Positions 9,742 through 16,239 of a stretch of DNA of 32,000 nt are shown piece by piece. The notes beneath the pieces were generated by a model. It was not told where the DNA came from. It saw only the letters and a list, made by a program, of their open reading frames with translations, and did no database searches. Location of the stretch: contig NZ_CP064923.1 of NCBI RefSeq assembly GCF_018336915.1, positions 5,370,001 through 5,402,000 of the forward strand. The letters run 5' to 3'. How positions within the stretch are numbered: the stretch's first letter is position 1; every line of letters starts with the position of its first letter. The DNA is from Acaryochloris marina S15 (GTDB taxonomy: Bacteria > Cyanobacteriota > Cyanobacteriia > Thermosynechococcales > Thermosynechococcaceae). A program made the position numbers and the translations under genes.

Positions 9742-10401
9742 TTAGTCTGGGGATTTATCAATCAGCTCCTGTATCATCTGAAGACTCTCAGATGACATGT
9801 TGGCTTCTCTTAGAGCTATTTGTAGGGCCTGCCAGTTTTTCCGGCTTGGATTGGCGAATGCAGTTTCTAACTGAGTCAGCCATAAGGGCACCCCTTGTGC
9901 TGCCTGCCAATCTTCTCGCCCTATGAATAGCCCCAGATCGCCATGAGGATGTTCCTTGGGCAATTTGAGAAATACTTCTAAATCGTATTTGCCGTCATCT
10001 ACTTGAAACATCCACTGGTCCTTTGAATCATTTGGGAAATGATGCAATGCGCCAACGCCAGAATTCAGATCATAAACAGTTGCCGTAGAACCATAACCGA
10101 TTCCCTTCAAAGTTAAAGCAATGGCGATAAGACTTTCCTGTTCCGCGCGAGCTTCAGTACAGGTTAAGTCATCCAAAGTATGGCGATATCCCAAATTCAT
10201 CATTTTTCCAAAACTAACTCGCCCGCCGAATTGTTTTTTCAAGAGAGCTATTTCTTCTGGCGAAGCCGATTCTGATTCAGACGATAGCGTAAAAATATCA
10301 TTGGGCTGTTGTCCCAAAATAATAAATACGGTTTTGCTTTTGTTGAGCAGCATCAGACTATACTCATCATCACGGGCGTAAGCAAAGGATCGGGGATGCA
10401 T
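9742..10401 (-). CDS. hypothetical protein (orphan, AT-rich)
   Basis: 219-aa ORF with no motif I can recognise. About 40% G+C in hand-counted 60-nt stretches, against 50-60% in flanking core genes. It sits next to the IS remnant. Confidence 0.5.
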   Translation of the reverse strand: MHPRSFAYARDDEYSLMLLNKSKTVFIILGQQPNDIFTLSSESESASPEEIALLKKQFGGRVSFGKMMNLGYRHTLDDLTCTEARAEQESLIAIALTLKGIGYGSTATVYDLNSGVGALHHFPNDSKDQWMFQVDDGKYDLEVFLKLPKEHPHGDLGLFIGREDWQAAQGVPLWLTQLETAFANPSRKNWQALQIALREANMSSESLQMIQELIDKSPD

Positions 10402-10459
10402 GGCTCAAAGAAAAACGGGTCAAGGACAATAGATCCTGTACCCGAACCAAAAAACTATC

Positions 10460-11851
10460 ATGACCCTACCATCGCAATTGCTAACCGTGCTAGCCCATGA
10501 CGAATTTCTAGAACAAACTGAAGCACTCAAAGTATCAACCAGCCTGAGTCAGATGGTTTATATCGTTCTGCAAATGGGCTTGTTTCTAGCTCGCTGTCTT
10601 CTGGAGGATGAACTCTCAAGGCGCGCGAAAGCAGTATTTGTATGGCCTGTATGTACTACCTGCGGAACCCGCTTACATTCGAAGGGATGGGAATCTCGTC
10701 AGATGCAGACACTGGTAGGCACTATCTCTTGAAAGCGACGGGTGGGCCGTTGTCCCAAAGGATGTCCAGGCAGTCTGTTGACTCCCCTGGATCAAGCCAT
10801 TGGGATTGCCCCCTATCAGCACAGCAGCGAAGAACTGGTGCGTCTGGGCTGCTTGTTGAGTCTGTTCATGCCCTATGAACTGGCCAGTTGGATGCTGGGT
10901 CAGTGGAGTGGTCTATCCGTGAGTCCATCCAGTTTGTGGAACTGGGTGCAATCCGTGGGTAACAAAGCTCAGCAGGAATTAGAAGCTCAACTCAACGCTC
11001 AATCATCAGGGACTCAGGCCCCTTGTGAAGCGATTTCAGAGATGTTATCTGCTCTACCTTTGGCCATTGCCGCCGATGGTGTGATGGTCCCCTTTCGCCC
11101 CACCCCGAACTCACCCAAGGGAAAAATCCAGTGGCGAGAAGTCAAAGTCGCCATCTTAGCTCGCCTGGGAACACGGGTTACCCGAGCTAAAAAGGAGGTC
11201 CCCCAATTACTGCGTCGAAGACTGGTGGCAGTATTGGGCGATATCGACCAGTTCATCCCTTTACTTCAACTCGAAGCTCACAAACAAGACTTTGAATCTG
11301 CTCCAAAAGTCATCTGGCTCAGTGATGGGGGACGAGGCTTCTGGCGAGTCTATCGCACCTTGTTCTCTCATTGTGCTGTGGCAGTCCTCGACTTTTTTCA
11401 TTCAGCAGGCCATCTGGCACGAGCAACTAAAGCGATGTTTGGAGATGCCCGCTCTGCTCAAGCCCAAGCCTGGTTCCGGCACTGGCGACACCAATTGCGA
11501 CACGGGCAACACCTACTTGTATTACGGTCCTTGACGATATTGATTCACTCACAACTGTTAACGGGAAAGTCTTTTTCAACGTTGCTCCAGGTGCAGGCTT
11601 ATTTCCAACGCCATCATAACCACATCCGTTATCGGCACTTTGAACAGCAACAGATTCCTCTCGGGTCAGGAATGGTTGAAAGTGCATGCAAGTGGTTGAT
11701 TCAGCAGCGCTTTAAGGGAGTTGGCATGCGCTGGAGTGAGGATGGTTTCAACCATTTACTGATCTTGAGAATTGCCTGGGTCAATGAACGGTTTGACTCC
11801 TTATTCCCAGAGGTGACCATTCCGAAAACTAAGGCATCCCCGATCCGCTAA
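10460..11851 (+). pseudogene. ISKra4/ISLre2-like DDE transposase interrupted by one in-frame TGA (10730-10732)
   Basis: Listed ORFs 10460..10732 and 10742..11851 share a frame: ...CTTCGTRLHSKGWESRQMQTLVGTIS*KRRVGRCPKGC... Downstream motifs are WLSDGGRGFW, DFFHSAGHL and GSGMVESACKWLIQQRFKGVGMRWS. IS termini were not identified. Confidence 0.75.
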
Positions 11852-12184
11852 ATACGCCCCATCATCACCGTGATCGCTTATCCGTACCTCAGCATAGTCA
11901 GTGGCGGGAATAGGAACCTGTTGTTCAAACCAGTTAAGTTTCCAGCTAGCGTTGATAGCGATGTTGTCTGGGCGGGGTTGAAAGGTATTATTTATAACTG
12001 ATTCTAAGGTATTATTTGTAGCTGATTCTATTGATAAACCTAGCTTTAATGCTCGGCATCGTTTTGGCCAAGTATCTAAACTCAACCCGGATGGTGGCTT
12101 TAAAGCTTGACTTTTGGCGCAACTCGTTACGGCAATCAGCCCCAAACAGACCAAGAGTTTTGAAATAGAATTATTATGGTTCAT
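11801..12184 (-). CDS. hypothetical lipoprotein whose 3' end runs into the IS remnant (probably truncated)
   Basis: Starts at ATG 12184 (the listed start 12196 is TTG). Signal/lipobox-like MNHNNSISKLLVCLGLIAVTSC. The last 17 codons (11801-11851) are antisense to the transposase C-terminus. Confidence 0.35.
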   Translation of the reverse strand: MNHNNSISKLLVCLGLIAVTSCAKSQALKPPSGLSLDTWPKRCRALKLGLSIESATNNTLESVINNTFQPRPDNIAINASWKLNWFEQQVPIPATDYAEVRISDHGDDGAYLADRGCLSFRNGHLWE

Positions 12185-12457
12185 TCTCAAGCCCAAACCT
12201 ATTATTGAAGTCCTGAATTTATGATGTTCTTAAGATGCCCAATAAGGGTCATTTCTCTGATGTTGTCAAGAGAATTACGACATTGTTTATGGACTATTAT
12301 TAAAGATGTCAAATATCCAATTGTAGAAATATCACCTAATGGTAGTGGGGACTGTATGTGAGTCCATCAATTATCATTAATGGACTAAAAATTACTCAGA
12401 ATATCCTTGGCGCTGGGGTTGTCACTGAGCTAATCATCAAGTAGCTCATCGGCTCGA

Positions 12458-13033
12458 TTAGGAACTTTTGCTGGTATCTGCTTGTAAAGTATCAATCACT
12501 TCTTGACACCAATCGATCCATTCTTGTTCATATCGAATTCCTCGTCTCAGGGTCAAGTACCGGAATTGCATAGCTGGCTCTGGGGCTTCTACCTGTTGGA
12601 AACAGATTTCCTTCTCTAGATATCGGTCCAATTTTTTCTGGTGGAGGGCTTGACGCGCTTTGACCTGTTGAATCAGCAGGGAACGGGGTACGTAGGGGCC
12701 TGCCAGTACTTTGACTAAGAGATCCTCGCGAATAGGCGTAGGTGTGGAAGGCTGAGCATACCAGTCCAGCAACTCTTGCTTACCCACATTTGTGATCTGA
12801 TAGAGCTTCTTATCTGGCTTGCCTTGTTGGGGAACCAGTTCATAGGTCACCCAGCCTTGGGTTTCTATTTTGGATAACTCTCGATAAATCTGTTGCTGGC
12901 TGGCTTTCCAAAAGCAGCTCACCGATTCCTCAAAGCGTTTGCTGAGGTCATAGCCGCTATGGGGAGCCTCAGATAAAACCGTCAAAATCGTGTGGGCTAG
13001 AGTCATGGAATGGTGATGGGGTGGCGTTGACAT
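12458..13033 (-). CDS. PadR family transcriptional regulator
   Basis: Winged-helix block PHSGYDLSKRFEESVSCFWKASQQQIYRELSKIETQGWV...KKLYQITNVGKQEL. ATG at 13033; the listed longer start 13042 is TTG. Confidence 0.85.
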   Translation of the reverse strand: MSTPPHHHSMTLAHTILTVLSEAPHSGYDLSKRFEESVSCFWKASQQQIYRELSKIETQGWVTYELVPQQGKPDKKLYQITNVGKQELLDWYAQPSTPTPIREDLLVKVLAGPYVPRSLLIQQVKARQALHQKKLDRYLEKEICFQQVEAPEPAMQFRYLTLRRGIRYEQEWIDWCQEVIDTLQADTSKSS

Positions 13034-13057
13034 ATCCAACAAGGCGAGTATAAATTA

Positions 13058-13075
13058 TTGTTGAATACTCAACAA
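13058..13075. promoter_or_regulatory. candidate PadR operator in the divergent PadR/adaptor intergenic region
   Basis: Perfect palindrome TTGTTGA-ATAC-TCAACAA. It is flanked by a perfect 10-bp inverted pair, CATATCCAAC (13031-13040) and GTTGGATATG (13091-13100). Further CAACAA half-sites lie at 13037-13042 and 13086-13091. Confidence 0.4.
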
Positions 13076-13125
13076 ATTGTATATCAACAAGTTGGATATG
13101 AACGATAACTCAATCCTCCCCTTCG

Positions 13126-13833
13126 TTGCCCAAACGCGCTCAATCTTCTTTTAGACTTCGCTCTTGGAAATCACCACGAACCTTGGGATGGGTGGTTTTG
13201 GGAGTGAGTGCAGTGGCGATTGGCATAAAAACTTGGGGTGCGCCTCAGACTGGACCTGCTCCTAGGCAGGCCATCTTGCCTGTGGCTACTTTGGCACTGC
13301 AGCCGTCTACCTTCTATGACATTCAGCGCACCTACGCGGGGGAAGTCCAGGCAAATCGCACCAGTGAATTGGGGTTTGAGCTGACGGGGACCTTGATTGA
13401 GATTGCTGTGGATGAAGGGGATTGGGTGCAGCAAGGTATGCCCCTAGCTCGTTTGGATACTCGTAGCTTAGCCGCTCAACGCCAGCAGCTTTTGGCTCAA
13501 AAAGCCCAGGCCCAAGCCCAGTTCCGAGAGCTAAAAACAGGACCGAGAACGGAAGAGATTGGAGCGGCTCGGGCTGCCGTTGAAGATTTAGGACAGCAGC
13601 GCTTGTTGGCAGAAAAGCAAAGTAAACGCCGCCAAGAACTCTATGAAAAAGGGGCTATTTCCCGCGAGGCTTTTGAAGAACGATATTTTGCCGCTCAAGC
13701 ATTGAAAAAACGCCAGGGCCAAGCTCACAAACGGTTAGAAGAATTGCTAGCGGGGACACGGGTGGAGCAGGAAAAGTCAGATCAGAAATCTCGTCAATAT
13801 CAGCCTGAGACGGTAGTTGCGATCTCAGCTTAG
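13126..13833 (+). pseudogene. HlyD-family periplasmic adaptor (membrane fusion protein), 3'-truncated
   Basis: Has an N-terminal TM segment, a lipoyl-like hairpin (GTLIEIAVDEGDWVQQGMPLARLD) and a coiled coil. Family-like sequence stops near GTRVEQ (~13770) and the ORF ends at 235 aa. No beta-barrel or MPD domains, and no pump gene follows. TTG start. Confidence 0.7.
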
Positions 13834-13917
13834 GGATGAATGAGGCAGGTTGGCCAAGGCTGGGATGGGGGTCTGAACCAGCTCGACATTTATCTTGGCA
13901 ACATCTCAAATCAGTAG

Positions 13918-13927
13918 GTTCTATTAG
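13918..13927. repeat. target-site duplication (left) of the ISAs1-family element
   Basis: GTTCTATTAG abuts the left IR. An identical 10-mer abuts the right IR at 15258-15267. Confidence 0.85.
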
Positions 13928-15257
13928 CAGGGTAAGCGCAAGAAAATCAAGCCTCTGAAAGGCTAGACTGTAAAGGAATAGAAGCGCCTAGAACTTTGAG
14001 CATATACGCTTCATCCATGCTCGCCCGTTTTAGTTTTTGACGGGTACTTTTCTTAAAGGACGTTTCTTGATTGAGAAGGTTGATGCTCCAGCGCCTCAGG
14101 ATGGCCATGTTTTCCGGTGCATGTCCTGTGCGAATGCGGCTAGCATCTTCGCCAAAGGTCACATCTAAGACCCAGTGGAGTTGGTTCTCAATCGACCAAT
14201 GCTGGCGGATGGCTTTGCCCAACTGCTGAGCATTTGGCGGTAGAGAGCTGATATAAAACATCACCTCATAGGTGGTTTTGTTCCACAAGTGGCGGGTCCG
14301 AGCGACCTTGACGATGGTTTGCAAGCCCTTCCACTGCGCCTGCTTGTAGAGAGGACCCATCTGTTGAAGGGACACGGCCCAAACTTGTCGTTTCTCGCGA
14401 CGATGGTGCCCTGCTTCCACCCGGGCATCATAGCTGTGCTCAATGCCCTTAAACTCATTCGCTTCAGCCGTTTCAAACCATTGCTCAACCTGCTCAAACA
14501 GCGTGGGATGATTCTCCTTGAGGGCCAGCACATAGTCAGCCTCTTTAGCTTGAATGTGGCGGGCAATCTCGTGCTGAGTTCCCATTGCATCAATGGTAAT
14601 AATGCACCCGGCAATGTCTAATAGCTCTAGCAGTGCTGGAATAGCGGTAATTTCGTTACTCTTGTCTGCAACTTTGACCTGTCCTAGAAATAACCGATAC
14701 TCACTGGCCCAAGCACTGACCAGATGCAATGCGGATTGGTCTTGATTGCGATCATAGGAACCTCTGAGTTGTTTGCCGTCAATCGGTATCACTTGAGCGC
14801 CGAGGGTTGTCACTACCTGATCCAACCAGTGATTGAAACTCCGCTCAAAAGCGGAGGGGCAAATACGCTCAAACACTCGTCGATAGGTGTCTGCTGTCGG
14901 TATCCCGGACGGTAGCCTCAGAAAACTCGACAACCAATCTTGATGGCTTAGACCATAGGTTTCAATGTCTTCCCACCCTTGTGCGCCACCTAAACTTGCC
15001 AATAGTCCAATCACGACGATGCTGACAAACGGATGCTGGACACCTTGGCCTCCACGTGGATCAGGCAAATCTTCAAAACACTCGGACAATTGTTGATAAG
15101 CCTGATCGCAATCACTGGCAGGCAGGAGTGACGAGGATGAGTCAGTGGAAGCTGGTGAGGAAGGAGGCTTGCTGAATCCTGTAGCCATGGGGAAACCCTT
15201 TTAACAGAATGGAGTTCCAAAGCATATTACAGCTTCATTTTTCTTGCGCTGCCCCTG
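13928..15257 (-). mobile_element. complete ISAs1-family insertion sequence (1330 bp)
   Basis: Terminal IRs are CAGGGTAAGCGCAAGAAAA (13928-13946) and the reverse complement of 15239-15257, CAGGGGCAGCGCAAGAAAA (17/19 match). Single transposase ORF, flanked by the 10-bp direct repeat GTTCTATTAG. Confidence 0.88.
13947..15188 (-). CDS. ISAs1 family transposase
   Basis: 413 aa. The N-terminal block DPRGGQGVQHPFVSIVVIGLLASLGGAQGWEDIETYG (DDE_Tnp_1-associated) and the core ITIDAMGTQ...HWSIENQLHWVLDVTFGED are typical of ISAs1/H-repeat proteins. Confidence 0.88.
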   Translation of the reverse strand: MATGFSKPPSSPASTDSSSSLLPASDCDQAYQQLSECFEDLPDPRGGQGVQHPFVSIVVIGLLASLGGAQGWEDIETYGLSHQDWLSSFLRLPSGIPTADTYRRVFERICPSAFERSFNHWLDQVVTTLGAQVIPIDGKQLRGSYDRNQDQSALHLVSAWASEYRLFLGQVKVADKSNEITAIPALLELLDIAGCIITIDAMGTQHEIARHIQAKEADYVLALKENHPTLFEQVEQWFETAEANEFKGIEHSYDARVEAGHHRREKRQVWAVSLQQMGPLYKQAQWKGLQTIVKVARTRHLWNKTTYEVMFYISSLPPNAQQLGKAIRQHWSIENQLHWVLDVTFGEDASRIRTGHAPENMAILRRWSINLLNQETSFKKSTRQKLKRASMDEAYMLKVLGASIPLQSSLSEA

Positions 15258-15267
15258 GTTCTATTAG
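15258..15267. repeat. target-site duplication (right) of the ISAs1-family element
   Basis: GTTCTATTAG, identical to 13918-13927. Confidence 0.85.
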
Positions 15268-15343
15268 ACCTGCGGAACACTTTGTTTTAGATTGCCAGTG
15301 AGGTGACTGTTACGTCTTTAGAGACGTTACTTAGAGATGCTCC

Positions 15344-16123
15344 ATGCCACGTCATCCGCGAACGCTGAAACCTAGCTATTGCTATCACATCACCACCCGC
15401 TGTAATAATCGTGACTTTCGGTTAGTGCGGGAAGAATGTCGGGATGTTTTGCTCTATGCCATTCATAAATGCCAGGTCAAATATGGTTTTAAGCTGTATG
15501 CCCTCTGCATTATGAGCAACCATGTCCATTACCTGTTGGAACCTGCCCAGCCCCAGGACCTGCCCAAAATCATGCACTGGCTGAACTGGTATACGGCCAT
15601 GTGTTTTAACCGGATGCTCAATCGCAGTGGGCACTTCTGGGAAAAGCGCTATCACAGCACGGGGTTTCCGAATACGGATAAGCGACGGGCGTTGAATACG
15701 CTGCGGTATATCCATGCCAACCCGAAAGCGGCGAAGATGCAGCAGGGCTTTTTCTATGATTACAGCAACTATGGCAGCTATGAGCGGCTAACCAATGACG
15801 GAATTAGCCAATGGCATCCAGCTTTTCTGGCGTTGGGAGCGACAATTGAAATTTGTGCTCGGGCTTATCGGCGCTTTTGCCAGCGGTACAAGCCCAAGCC
15901 CAAACCACCCAAGCGCATTTATTGGGGCACGAACCTATTGGCGAAGTTGAGGTTAAAGCGGAAAGTCCATAAACCATCCCCTGGACAAACTCGGTTGCCT
16001 TGGGATGATTGGGATGGGGTAGACCCAGAGATTCAGGCAGTGGCGATGAAGTTTGTGTTGGCAAATTGCTTAAACCCGGAGGTGGTGAAGACTCGATATG
16101 AGCCTGATTTTATACAGTTATAG
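15344..16123 (+). CDS. IS200-like Y1 (HUH) transposase, RAYT-like
   Basis: HUH motif SNHVHYLL and catalytic-Tyr motif LRYIHANP. N-terminal YHITTRCNNRDF. 259 aa. Small hairpins lie at both ends: ACGTCT-TTAG-AGACGT at 15312-15327 and GACTGT-N8-ACAGTC at 16221-16240. Confidence 0.8.
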   Translation: MPRHPRTLKPSYCYHITTRCNNRDFRLVREECRDVLLYAIHKCQVKYGFKLYALCIMSNHVHYLLEPAQPQDLPKIMHWLNWYTAMCFNRMLNRSGHFWEKRYHSTGFPNTDKRRALNTLRYIHANPKAAKMQQGFFYDYSNYGSYERLTNDGISQWHPAFLALGATIEICARAYRRFCQRYKPKPKPPKRIYWGTNLLAKLRLKRKVHKPSPGQTRLPWDDWDGVDPEIQAVAMKFVLANCLNPEVVKTRYEPDFIQL

Positions 16124-16239
16124 ATAAAAAATTGGGTTTGCTAGGTGCCAGGTAAGGAATCGCTAAAAGGACGGGTTTTATGTTGATCTGAATGTGGAAA
16201 TGAAATTTAAAAATGCTCAGGACTGTCTCGTGCTACAGT

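Noticed and set aside
10730-10732. In-frame TGA in the transposase as selenocysteine or programmed readthrough
   Set aside because: I see no obvious SECIS-like hairpin immediately downstream, and there is no biological precedent I know of for this family. A nonsense mutation of TGG is simpler. This cannot be fully excluded without paralogue comparison.
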